Shown: piece after piece, positions 52,454-60,300 of the stretch | Numbering within the stretch: the stretch's first letter is position 1 | Layout of the letters: every line of letters begins with the position of its first letter | Assembly (NCBI GenBank): GCA_965644265.1 | Contig: OZ286472.1 | Coordinates: 27,900,001 to 27,964,000, forward strand | Reading direction: 5' to 3' | Origin: Glycera tridactyla | Lineage: Eukaryota | DNA: 64,000 bases | The notes under the pieces: generated by a model | The model's database searches: none | Told to the model about the DNA's origin: nothing | The model's input: the letters and a program-made list of their open reading frames with translations, nothing else | Made by a program: the position numbers and the translations under genes

Positions 52454-53474
52454 GCATGTAAAAAATGAATGAGGAGTTACTTCCGCCTACAGACAGGCAG
52501 CTTATACATACATGGTTTGTACCAGTGACCTCGACATTTGATCTCATGACACCAAAAGAAACAATTGCATCATGAAACCCGAAATTTATGTGAAAAAGGT
52601 CGCGACACACTGTTCGCATACCAAAAATGAAAGCAATTTATCAACAAATGAGGTCAGAGGAACAGAAAACATGATTTCCAGTGAAATGACCTCCAGTGAC
52701 CTTGACCTCTGACCAAGTGACTCCAAAAGAGTTCTAGCTCTCTATATGTGTAATGTGTGTCTGTAATATGAAATCAATAAGGCAAGGCAAACTTGAGATA
52801 TCATCTGGGAACAACTTCGCCAACAGACGGACAGAAGGACAAATGGACTGGATGATTCCAGTATACCCCCCTAACTTTGCTACAAGGGTTTAATCAAGAT
52901 TTGAATCCATTATATTTCTCATCCTAAGTCTTCACGGGAGAGCAATGGTATAATCCGTAACTGAAAGGAGGTAAGTCAAAGAGCTAAAAAATTACTGATT
53001 TGAGGCAACTTTTCATGATGCAAATCCAGTACATACAATATTGACCGGAACCAAACAATCAAGTCATAGCTCTTACGAGGTCCCGAGAAGTCCATTTGAA
53101 ATCCCCTGGAGCTGCTATGAATAGCAAGGAAATTACCAGACAAATTCAGCTCACAATCCTGCCCAGATTAGAGAGGAAACAGTATTTCAAAATCTGTTCT
53201 CAGTGTACAAGCACTCTGAATTATTCAACTACAGTGTCAGGTCAAAATGAGTCACTCGTGAATGTACTCTGTGCTTAACTCATCAAAGAGATGGAACAGA
53301 AAAGAGAAATGAGGCTGTTTGAGAGATGAAACTGTCTGGAATGACAGCTTTACATGACATAAGAAAGTGTGATATGAAGGAAAGATAACTTACGACAATT
53401 GCTGTATATGTGTACACAGGTCTCGCCAGGACATCGCTTCTCGTATTGCCCGCATGGTTTCGGATCTTCCGGGT
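8640..53474 (-). CDS. Spliced gene model (5' end not located): type-I membrane protein with Cys-rich/LDLa ectodomain, one TM helix and PTAP/PPxY cytoplasmic tail; LDLRAD3/LDLRAD4-like architecture
   Basis: Collinear minus-strand exons with canonical AG/GT ends and mostly phase-1 junctions: 53394-53474, 51363-51434, (50136-50203), 48873-48992, 40211-40363, 8712-9223, 8640-8645. Domain order (Cys repeats, LDLa, TM, basic stop-transfer, PY tail) is coherent. Joining the TM exon to the PY exon across 31 kb rests on phase compatibility only. Confidence 0.75.
8712..9223 (-). CDS. Cytoplasmic-tail exon: Pro/Ser-rich, PTAPP, PPSY, PPIY, PPTYDEA
   Basis: Longest non-repeat ORF in the window (track ORF 8640-9233). 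Acceptor catttgcttgcag|TG (phase 1), donor GATATG|gtatgt. PTAPP 8972-8986, PPSY 8952-8963, PPIY 8898-8909, PPTY 8766-8777. Confidence 0.9.
10319..10500. mobile_element. TA-flanked MITE (Tc1/mariner, pogo/Tigger-like ends)
   Basis: TA-cagtaaaacctg ... caggtttcactg-TA, internal ggtctc/gagacc repeats. Confidence 0.85.
11714..11790. repeat. (TC)n microsatellite
   Basis: Direct reading. Confidence 0.98.
13574..13659. mobile_element. Short degenerate MITE remnant
   Basis: acagtcaag ... ttcaactgTA ends; internal ccacctg and gtggtct motifs. Confidence 0.35.
13963..14142. mobile_element. Degenerate MITE
   Basis: gtgatgagagacc, ttgacatagtcaa and agatttcattg motifs of the family, in reverse orientation. 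Confidence 0.6.
14885..16530. repeat. Two-unit diverged tandem duplication with an inverted internal segment
   Basis: Direct repeat 14888-15237 / 15782-16128; 15281-15575 is the reverse complement of ~16065-16352; direct repeats 15570-15630 / 16388-16450 and 15735-15780 / 16480-16530. Confidence 0.85.
16825..17195. repeat. 68-bp minisatellite, ~5.4 copies
   Basis: Unit gccccattc(t/c)catcccagtacagctatagtccatccaggaatattctgcagcaagtgttattcccagt starts at 16825, 16893, 16961, 17029, 17097 and 17165. Confidence 0.95.
17322..17481. mobile_element. Degenerate MITE
   Basis: cagtcaaac ... gtttgactg-TA terminal inverted repeats. Confidence 0.55.
17710..18148 (-). mobile_element. Non-autonomous hairpin-ended element, copy 1 (asymmetric inverted repeats plus ~148-nt terminal hairpin; Crypton- or Helentron-like, class uncertain)
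   Basis: Inverted repeats atttatcatccgat (17710-17723) / attggatgataaat (17975-17988); GC-rich palindrome 17992-18139 centred on ggcc-tac-ggcc; ends shared with the 42410-43196 copy. Confidence 0.75.
18792..19405. repeat. 36-bp minisatellite, ~17 copies
   Basis: Unit tagacttctggaacagtaagaacctgcc(a/t)tgtggca; explains track ORFs 18788-19177, 18858-19187, 18880-19389 and 19184-19372. Confidence 0.97.
20257..20460. repeat. Degenerate direct repeat, 161-bp offset
   Basis: cataccatagactagactaactc at 20257-20279 and 20418-20440, each followed by atcagat..actaaa. Confidence 0.6.
21000..21181. mobile_element. Degenerate MITE
   Basis: TA-cggttgaacctg ... ggttgacta-TA, internal tggtct repeats. Confidence 0.6.
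21940..22118. mobile_element. MITE (reverse orientation relative to 10319 copy)
   Basis: gcaaaacctgca ... tgcaggtttcactg-TA; gagaccacct repeats; tgacacagtcaaata core. Confidence 0.8.
22786..22916. other. Assembly gap (N run)
   Basis: 131 Ns. Confidence 1.
23128..23700 (+). mobile_element. Helentron-associated (HINE/pearl-like) element with three tandem core repeats
   Basis: ttgaaattcaagatgg..tagccctgaaact..ccgttttga(c/t)ctttttgcactcag units at 23238, 23369 and 23488 (periods 131 and 119); 5' gcactca/tgagtgc inverted repeat; 3' end ..gcccctcccg..cggggcataa as in invertebrate HINEs. Confidence 0.65.
24535..24714. mobile_element. MITE, distinct subfamily with internal direct repeats
   Basis: Perfect 12-bp TIR cagtaaaacctg/caggttttactg with TA on both sides; internal duplication gggccagattttt..tttcactgtagacaggatttcact. 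Confidence 0.9.
24730..25130 (-). mobile_element. Penelope-like retroelement 3' fragment (C-terminal half of GIY-YIG endonuclease plus 3' region)
   Basis: Minus-strand translation from 25124: [77 protein letters not shown]. This matches the YVGE..R.L..R..EH / KIL..E..WF.R...EAI.I....LNRD.G pattern of Penelope-like GIY-YIG domains; 5'-truncated. Confidence 0.9.
25582..25760. mobile_element. MITE
   Basis: TA-cagtgaaacctgtgacaagagac start, ttgactatgtcaaata core, degenerate right end. Confidence 0.75.
25891..26183. mobile_element. MITE with partial second left end inside
   Basis: tagtgaaacatgtgatgagagacc start; second aacatgtgatgagcg at ~26040-26060; caggtttcactg-TA end. Confidence 0.65.
26962..27292. 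mobile_element. Two MITEs in tandem sharing one TA (26962-27113 and 27112-27292)
   Basis: Junction aggtttcactg-TA-cagtgaatcct; both units have complete ends. Confidence 0.85.
27566..27626 (-). CDS. Candidate alternative first coding exon [20 protein letters not shown] (N-myristoylation consensus)
   Basis: ATG in strong Kozak context (gcggttATGG), M-G-N-x-x-S motif, consensus donor GGTG|gtgagt in phase 1 matching the acceptor at 9223; GA-rich leader upstream (27690-27730). Confidence 0.6.
27960..28790. repeat. Cluster of (CA)n microsatellites (~27975-28022, ~28480-28545, 28721-28787) and a C run at ~28468-28481
   Basis: Direct reading; immediately upstream of the candidate alternative first exon. 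Confidence 0.95.
28818..29538. mobile_element. Longer TA-flanked non-autonomous element, right end lost in gap
   Basis: TA-cagtcgaacctgtccatagcgacc left end; tggtcgttat-like repeats near both 28865 and 29490-29537, next to the N gap. Confidence 0.5.
29539..29673. other. Assembly gap (N run)
   Basis: 135 Ns. Confidence 1.
29698..29862. repeat. (CA)n/(CATA)n microsatellite beside gap
   Basis: Direct reading; source of the HT/CV pseudo-ORFs. Confidence 0.97.
30253..30410. mobile_element. MITE (reverse orientation)
   Basis: ttgacatagtcaaata core, gagaccacct, gcagatttcactg-TA end. Confidence 0.7.
30864..30956. repeat. (CA)n/(CACG)n microsatellite
   Basis: Direct reading. Confidence 0.97.
31263..31520. 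mobile_element. MITE with internal ~85-bp duplication, no right TIR
   Basis: TA-cagtgacacctg start; aatagggaagg..aagtggtctcc..tcagaggtgg..ggtactcaaaatttggg present twice. Confidence 0.65.
31620..31819. other. Assembly gap (N run)
   Basis: 200 Ns. Confidence 1.
32155..32336. mobile_element. MITE, apparently young copy
   Basis: Perfect TIR cagtcgaacctg/caggttcgactg with TA flanks; internal cctctctata(a/g)agaccacc repeats. Confidence 0.9.
33285..33650. repeat. Low-complexity GCA/GCT region, with (GCT)n core at ~33460-33520
   Basis: GCA-rich block 33290-33390 faces a GCT-rich block 33440-33645; gives Ala/Lys- or Cys-rich pseudo-ORFs. Confidence 0.85.
34208..35165. repeat. Diverged ~220-bp direct duplication (34208-34440 and 34929-35165)
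   Basis: Collinear motifs aggattatg, ggt(t/c)aatgaaagc, tgaacac..gatgggga, ggacacacct, aagatggcatatctaac, cactc(g/a)agc. Confidence 0.7.
38673..39077. mobile_element. ~400-bp non-autonomous element with the same TIR type
   Basis: TA-cagtaaaacctgtc left end resembling the 24535 subfamily (gaaaagtcac.g); aggtttgacta-TA right end. Confidence 0.6.
40211..40363 (-). CDS. Transmembrane exon [51 protein letters not shown]
   Basis: Acceptor gtctttgcag|AT, donor GTAG|gtgagt, 153 nt, phase 1-1. Hydrophobic stretch [16 protein letters not shown] followed by basic [13 protein letters not shown] second in-frame acceptor lies at 40384. Confidence 0.88.
   Translation of the reverse strand: MKNHLSSLARRHHSTGSLYYRSSVCLSSLSAPSDEVALLLNDRGIVKKML
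42410..43196 (+). mobile_element. Non-autonomous hairpin-ended element, copy 2
   Basis: Palindrome 42415-42563 with perfect 30-bp and 21-bp stems and GCA loop at 42488-42490; inverted repeats tatttatcgtccgatc (~42565-42580) / gatcggatgataaata (~43180-43195); same agaatgccccgagtgcc start and tacacgcta subterminal motif as copy 1. Confidence 0.8.
44988..45251. mobile_element. Degenerate MITE
   Basis: cggtgaaacctgtgacaagagaccacc start; acaggtttcacta-TA end; extra caggttttcact at ~45205. Confidence 0.7.
46755..46930. other. Assembly gap (N run)
   Basis: 176 Ns. Confidence 1.
48873..48992 (-). CDS. LDL-receptor class A domain exon [39 protein letters not shown]
   Basis: Six cysteines in LDLa spacing with the acidic C-x-D-G-x-D-E motif; acceptor tttatgttgcag, donor TGTG|gtgagt; 120 nt, phase 1-1. 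Confidence 0.92.
49775..49938. mobile_element. Degenerate MITE
   Basis: TA-tagtcaaacctgtcc start, ggcaggtg/tggctgctt repeats, ttagacta-TA end. Confidence 0.65.
50136..50203 (-). CDS. 4-Cys half-LDLa-like repeat exon [22 protein letters not shown] (starts in phase 2, anomalous)
   Basis: Very strong acceptor tttttcttttcag and donor TGTC|gtaagt; C-x6-C-x4-C-x6-C pattern like its neighbours; 68 nt, so not frame-symmetric. Too short for the ORF track. Confidence 0.72.
50273..50355. other. AT-rich hairpin, 34-bp arms (33/34 complementary), 15-nt loop
   Basis: aaacaattaatttcaatttatttacgagtcgttg (50273-50306) versus caacgactcgtaaataaattgagattaattgttt (50322-50355). Confidence 0.95.
50893..51071. 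mobile_element. MITE
   Basis: TA-cagtgaaacctgca ... tgcatgtttcactg ends; atatttgattaggtcaaa core. Confidence 0.75.
51363..51434 (-). CDS. 4-Cys half-LDLa-like repeat exon [23 protein letters not shown]
   Basis: Acceptor ttttatgatttcag, donor TGTT|gtaagt; 72 nt, phase 1-1; C-x6-C-x4-C-x7-C. Confidence 0.85.
51455..51705. mobile_element. CpG-rich DNA-transposon-like insert with CRE, YY1 and E2F/CHR-like motifs
   Basis: tgacgtca 51529-51536, caagatggcgg 51537-51547, ggcgggaatttcaaa 51563-51577; one end reads ttaatgggcccgggacac on the minus strand. Class not determined. Confidence 0.4.
52385..52450. repeat. (CA)n microsatellite
   Basis: Direct reading. Confidence 0.97.
52500..52893 (+). mobile_element. 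HINE/pearl-like element remnant
   Basis: gtgacct(c/t)gac core motif twice (~52526, ~52696), acagacggacagaaggaca microsatellite, 3' tgattccagtatacccccctaactt..gggtttaat end. Confidence 0.7.
53394..53474 (-). CDS. 4-Cys half-LDLa-like repeat exon [27 protein letters not shown]
   Basis: Acceptor cctttattaccaagcag, donor TGTC|gtaagt; 81 nt, phase 1-1; C-x6-C-x4-C-x6-C. This frame is not in the ORF track. Confidence 0.85.
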
Positions 53475-53630
53475 CTGCTTGGTAATAAAGGTAAAACGCT
53501 GCGTTGAGGGGAAGGAAAACAAACGGTGGTATTAAACACTACTTGTCTACATCAGGCGCAATACCATGCAGTCAAGTACGATTGAAACCCAAAGCGAACC
53601 ATGTCCTGTCATCAAACATGCCTACCCTAC

Positions 53631-53672
53631 CGTAATTCAAGATCGTCGGCATGCTTGGCCGAAGAACCCATG
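53631..53672 (-). CDS. Possible upstream linker exon (xWVLRPSMPTILNY)
   Basis: Acceptor cctatcag, donor G|gtaggg; 42 nt, open in phase 1-1; no domain support. Confidence 0.3.
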
Positions 53673-54069
53673 CTGATAGGACTCGCCTCCTTCCCTTCGA
53701 TACATAAAAGATTCAGGCTAAGACAGGGGACCAAGCTTTGATGCTGGGTCCTCCACCTTAGTCTGCGTCTCAAAGTATTCCTGTTCTTGATTGAAGACAT
53801 ATCAGCATTAGTGATCTTCATCTTCAACTTTGCATTTATTGCTGCACACAAAAATTATCATCAAATATACATGATTCCATACAACGCTTCAGTATTTTAT
53901 CACTTATATATCTATGTACAAATTAAAATCGATGACTTCAAATTTGGAATAAGCTCAAAATATTGCCTGAATATGATCTACAGCAGTGAACCTTCTTGTT
54001 TTTATTCCATAAAATGAAGCACCTTTAGTTTACAGGCAAGGTGAAGGTCTATCCTGACTCATCGTAAGC

Positions 54070-54385
54070 TTTCGTCAATCAGAAATCATTTTTGAGGTTC
54101 AACTGAAAAGATCATCCTCAAATTCAGGTTGTCTGAGCATGTCTTTCAGTTGCTACGATATCTATTCGATGAAAAAGCCTGAACATTTTTGTGAAGTTTG
54201 AGCCCATGCACAGTTTCCGATGTTTGAAATTTGACATCTTCACGCTGTTCAGTATGGCCAACAAAGAAATATTTGCCTAATTCCCTACCAAGTATTCTTT
54301 GTCGTAAATCTGCCAAAAAGAATGGTGACCTATTCCCCCATGATCAATACTGTCACCCTCGTATCACAACACGAGAGAGACTGAT
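54070..54385 (+). mobile_element. Degenerate HINE-like remnant
   Basis: 3' aatactgtcaccctcgt-atcacaac-acgagagagactgata hairpin end; internal tttgtgaagtttgag motif. Confidence 0.45.
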
Positions 54386-57300
54386 ATGGTTCAGAGATCA
54401 AACATATAACTGACTGAAAGCAGAACCATCTCTTCATCTTCAATGCTTTTTTAGAGTGATTTATAAGTCAAATGACTGAAATGACTATATAAGTCAGATG
54501 CCATGCTTTGCATACTTAAGGTGCCTCATAGTATGGGATAGCTCCAGAACATCACAAAAAAAATATATTCATGTTGTTTATATGGATGAACATTAATGTA
54601 TCCACTGAATTGTAAAGAGTATGCCATCGAAGATTCGTACCTCAAAATTCCAACCTCTTCCCCCCATTATGAAGTACACTCAGAGAAATAAGGATAGTAT
54701 AGTATATTAATGATTTTTACAAATGCATGGATTCTCCCTTTGACGAATTCAGTGGGCCTGGTATTACAAATACATTAGAATTAGAATTATTTGGCAGATG
54801 ATTTAGTTCACAAATACAAGTGCACTGCATTGAGGAATGTTCTTGCCTGGTTGCGGTTTATGAGATAACTACCTGGGTGTGCAATTCCATGAGGAAATTC
54901 AAAAATACGCATGAGATCTATTAGGACTGACATCAACCCTGATGCTTCTTGTTCATCAGGATAACTATAAACTACTACATTCATCATGGTTGAGTTTAGA
55001 GAGATCAGTACTATGATGTTTTTTTTTCAGAGTGGCTCCAACACCATTTTCAAAATAATTACCATTACCACTACAATTATTAATGAGGAAAGTGATAGAA
55101 TTATACTATTGTTTTTATCAAGGTAATTGTGATTATGATTTTATCGGTTACTACTATCATTATTATTGACATCATCACCATCATCAGTATGATGCTTCAT
55201 CATGACATGTTCTGGATGATTCAAAGCTTTCATGCCATAAAAAACTGCCATGTTCATGATCACGATCATGTAACTGATGAAATTTTTCCCAAACCATCAA
55301 TTATCAATCTGCACTACATGTAAATCACTGATTAACACAGTAAAATGCTAAGTATATGTGCCTGAATGCCATGTCATATGTTTGTCATCTTGCCGGTCAC
55401 ATATGTATCAAGTCAACCAAAACCTATCAGGACATCAACAGTACTTCGTCAAATGAAATTTGAGCATCACTCTCTCAGCAGCACTCTGTTGAAATTTCCA
55501 CGTAAAATTTGATGTCCGATAATGGACTGAACATCCCATACTATCCAATTACTTGTAACATGAAATCAGAATAGTATCCCTTTTTATAGTTACACGGTTA
55601 GACTAGGAAATTTGTGAGTCATCATGATTTATTTCTCATGATTTTGTCTATTCCTAGTAATCTTTATATAATAGCATTGACCTAGTAAACTCAATGCAGT
55701 TCACTAAGATTGAAACTGTGAGGGTTGAATCTCAGCTGACATCAAAATATATTCCATGTAGGTTCATGCTGTTCTACTAATTTGGTATCGCAAAGGGTTT
55801 CTGTACTTATCATGCACCAAACAAGATGCAAATATGTGAATAAAAATGCATTCCCAAATAACAGATTAGACATTCTACTGCCTGTTACATTACATTAATG
55901 TCCAGACGCAAACATAAGTAAACACACACAAAGGTGGAAAATCTGTATCCCTAATGCTCATGACCTTTTCAGTGTACAAAAATTTCTCTCTCTGACAAAT
56001 GGAATTTGTGATGTACTGCATGAACGGCTCAATTGTCAAGATTCTCAACACACTTACAATTATTATATAAAGAATATTCCTGGTCATATTTCACATGTTT
56101 TGTACCATGCTCTTTCATGATGAATATTTCAAATGAAATATATAATCCAGTATTCGCGATAACTCTACTAAGCTGAGTACTAACGAACAAACCATTGCTG
56201 TGCCATATTCTCAAAATATAGTTATATCTAGAAATGATTATCCATGCAGATTCAAGTAAATGGTCCAGGGTGTTTCATCTGTGTCTGATCAACTGAGTTT
56301 GAAGAGTGTCGTAAGTGCAATTCTAACATCCCTGGATACATCAGAAACTTTTTCACTGATCTGAACATCAGTTCAGTCACTCATCATCTTCAATCCGAAA
56401 CAATCAATCCAAATTTAGGGACTAATACCTGATATAATTAAATGTCTCAAAAATATTGAGCATATCAGATGAGTACTAGTGATACAGATTTATGGGTGAG
56501 TGAAAAATATCAAAAATGAGAAAGGTGAGCTACTGCAGACCAAACAAAGTGATGCATCTGTTTGTTCTTCCATATCATAGCTAAAGATATGTTTGAGTCA
56601 GTCATATTCATCTGAAAAACTACACAGGGTAAGGATATAAGATTTCCCAGAATAACATTGCAGAGATGCAATGAATGAATAATGGTGAGAATTTCTATAT
56701 ATATCACTGACAGTTACCAATATGATCAATCAGATAATTGGCAAATACAGATCCCTCAGAAGAAAGCTATATCTATTAAGTTAATAAATGATCCTATCGT
56801 GTATGGTTATGATAAACATGATACTTCCAGATCATACTTTGCTCATCATGGCCTCATTGGCAAGTCAATTTTACATGCACACTATGACTGGTGAGATAAA
56901 GTGCCCATGAAATATATCTCAATTGGTATTACTAGTGAAGGACATTCATTCACAATTTTTCATCAGGTGCAAGAACAAACTTGGACAAAATCATTGAAGT
57001 TTCTCCATGATCCATTTGTCTTATGTAAGTCAATTCTCCCATATTAACTACCCCCCCCCCCCCTTGTTTTTTTGACATTATCATGTTGGATGTTGCTATC
57101 ATATATTGGGTATATTCTAATGAAATATTGTTAGGTGAAAAACTTATTCACCATTTGCCAGAACTGTGTACATGCAGCAGAAACTAATATTCATGACATA
57201 GGCTCAATTTTGATAATTCATACTGTGTCATACGTACAGATAATTTATAATATTGTCTCACTAGATTATGTGATATTCACCTGCCTTTTTGAGTTAGATG

Positions 57301-60300
57301 ATAATAGGGAGGACGTTTTAATGACTGGTATATGATGACTGTTTTCATGATATAGTTCATCTTTCAGGGTGCCATATTTGTTTCCCTGAGAGCTTTAACT
57401 GCTCAAAAATTGTAATTCAATTTCTGAGAATAGCATATGCCAAATTCACCGAAAAGATAGATCATCCCCATTTTTATTCCGCCGTCATATCAAGATAAAA
57501 TAAATTTGCATCAGCAGTCAAGCCCAACAATCCCATTGAGAGACAATAATGAAAGAAAGATTGAGACCAAACACACCAAGTGAACACTGAGAGTGATAGC
57601 ATAAAAACCAACTGGAACCGAATGCAAAGAGTGAAAATGAGCTCGATTCAGTGTATGTGTATGAACACAGACCATATAACTTGAACCATTATAAACAAGA
57701 GCAAGCCAAAACCACTACACAGTTGTGCATGCAGCGGCACCATCAGCAGCAGCCACAATATGCTTGGTCAAAGTGTAAGAAATCCACCTATGCCACAATA
57801 AACATTATACTGGTATAGTTATTTCATGATTACATATCAGTTTCTCATATTTGAAGTCATTGAAATATAATACATGCATGTATTATGAATCCTTTTTGCA
57901 CAGCACCAAGTGCCATATCCCAAGCAACAGATGAATTTATGGATAAATTCAGAGCATTCATGGTCAGCATTCCAGGTAGGCAGTGTACTTGATTAAGTAT
58001 ATTCAAGAGGTTCCACACTGAAAGTAAGTTTATACTGAACAAAATCCTTATCTTTCAGACCCAACAAATATTATTCCCTACTATCATCCATTCCAAAATC
58101 ATTACACTACTTTGTTGATATCTGTGTACAGTTAAATATTTTGGTGTCCAATCCTTTGACTATTATCATTGATAGCAATGATATTGGGATACATGTTATA
58201 TTGACGTTGGGACAAAGGGTGTTATACGACATTGAGGTTATGATGTTATGCAGACACCCAATGTGGATGTGATTCTGAATTGGCAAAGAAATAGCCAATA
58301 TTTTCATGGAAGAAACTGATTGGTAATCGAAATATTCCAGGGAAGGCCCAGCATGAGTGTTTTCTATTAGAGCAGATCACCCACACTGTGGCCACAATAA
58401 GGCATTCCTTCATGTAGTTCAATTATGAAATACTCAAAATGTATCTAGAAAAATCAAGATATGTATGTATAAAGAGAGATAGGTATATATTTGGAAAAAA
58501 TCAAAATGCATCTCACCAAAGTATGAGAGTAGAAGAAATATTAATAAATTGTGTAATATCAAAAGGCATTTAATCAAAATATGAAAGTAGAAGAAATATT
58601 GATAAGTCGAATGATGTATGAATCTCATCAACTTGAGAATACAACTCAATAGTAGTGGATAGATGGCATGGACTGTGTGCAGAAAAGATCCATTGGTTGA
58701 ACATGCAAATGGGAAACTGTTGGCGAACCATGCATCCTGTAACCAACTCTCAACATTATGAAGTTCCAATCATGTCCTTGATTAAATCCTTTCATAACTC
58801 AAGTTGCTCCGTGCTTGTGTGGAACAGAGAACACTATTCATAAGAGAGAATGGGATCTCATTCTTCTTGGTCATGGTTATCCTGCATTTAAATCAACTGT
58901 TTCTTAGTTAGTGAATAAACTACAGGATGATAAACGTTTGCTGAAGGCTGATCAGTTATCCAGTTCCTTCAAAAAGCTAAGTTTACATCCTGCCTCATTC
59001 ATTATTCGAAGTGATGACAAGAATTCAAATCTACCATCATAAATAGAGAAAACTGAACATAATTCCAAGTGCAAAACTGTAGGCTTGGCAGGGCAGGTTG
59101 TAGAATGGTACTAAAAAAGAATATAACCCTTTGTCTCCCACTGGAAATACATTGTGTCAATCTATTCACAATGCCAAAATGACTTTCAGACCTCAATGAT
59201 CAGTGGCATACTCCAGATACCAGACTCTTTACCCATGTGAATTTGTTTCCACTAAATAGCCCGTTGTTATTGAGCTAGACAGCAACAAGGGCAACAACTT
59301 GTGTGAGATGCAAAGGGTTGAATACCAAGATCATATGACTGATAGTATTCACTAAAAATAGCCCTACATAGCATCTGCCTATAAAGAAATACGGCTAGAC
59401 TTTGAGAGACAACCAGGAACACAACATAAAATCAAAACTAATAGCTGTTGTAGATTGAAAACACACGTCTGGTATATATGTATATATGTATCGAGATACT
59501 TTACTTGGATCTATCAATCGGTCCTCTATAAAAGTACAGAACAGCGCGCAGTATAAATAAATTAATGACTAGAAGAAAATTGACTTCTTCACTAGGAAAA
59601 GTCTAGAGAAGTAATAAAGTAAGTGTGTGAGCTATATATGAGAATCACCCCTTACAGTGCAAGGGTCTGTCATTGGTCACATAATTACCTCAACATCAAA
59701 TGGGCAAGGAGGTGCATTGATCTTTCATTTATATCATTATGTTTTCATATATACATCTGAACAAAGCCCAAGTATCATCAAAAGAGCACTGGATAAAGTC
59801 ACTGCAACATTGAAGGTCTTCCACCCTAGTAAAGGAATGATACACTCTTTCCTCAAAACTGATACCACACTCGAAGACAGTGCATCAGCTTTACACTTTC
59901 AGTATGTACTATGCGAAAGATCATTTGTCTACCAGGTGAAACCCACTAGAGTATGATCCTTCAGCTAGATAGAGAAAAAGAGTAGGCACTGAAGCGAGGA
60001 CAGATCACCACAGGTATCATTTTCACAGGTGGTGGCTAAACTATGTACAGATAATCAGGCGCACCTCTTTCCCACAGATATTCAAACAAAATTTTTGTAT
60101 TTCTTCCTCTTGGTATGGAAACAGATCATGATGAAAACGTGATTCTGCTCATCAGCATTATCGGTTCAGTCCACATATAAAGTGAATATAGATTGATGGA
60201 CCAGCTCATTGACAATATGAGAATTGCGTCCTGCAAAGCATAGACAAACACCAAAGTGACCTGTGCACCATATGGGCTGTGAAATGGTGAAAGATATATA

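Noticed and set aside
53077-53158. Candidate exon [27 protein letters not shown] resembling a CUB-domain C-terminus
   Set aside because: Open only in phase 0, but the better-supported upstream exon (53394) ends in phase 1; no other CUB exons found.
56682-56894. Plus ORF with DNWQIQIPQKKAISIKL, CUB-like
   Set aside because: Lacks the conserved Cys, lies on the opposite strand to the gene and has no partner exons.
57640-57770. Minus-strand hydrophobic stretch ILWLLLMVPLHAQLCSG, signal-peptide-like
   Set aside because: In-frame stop just upstream, no preceding ATG or credible acceptor, and no suitable donor.
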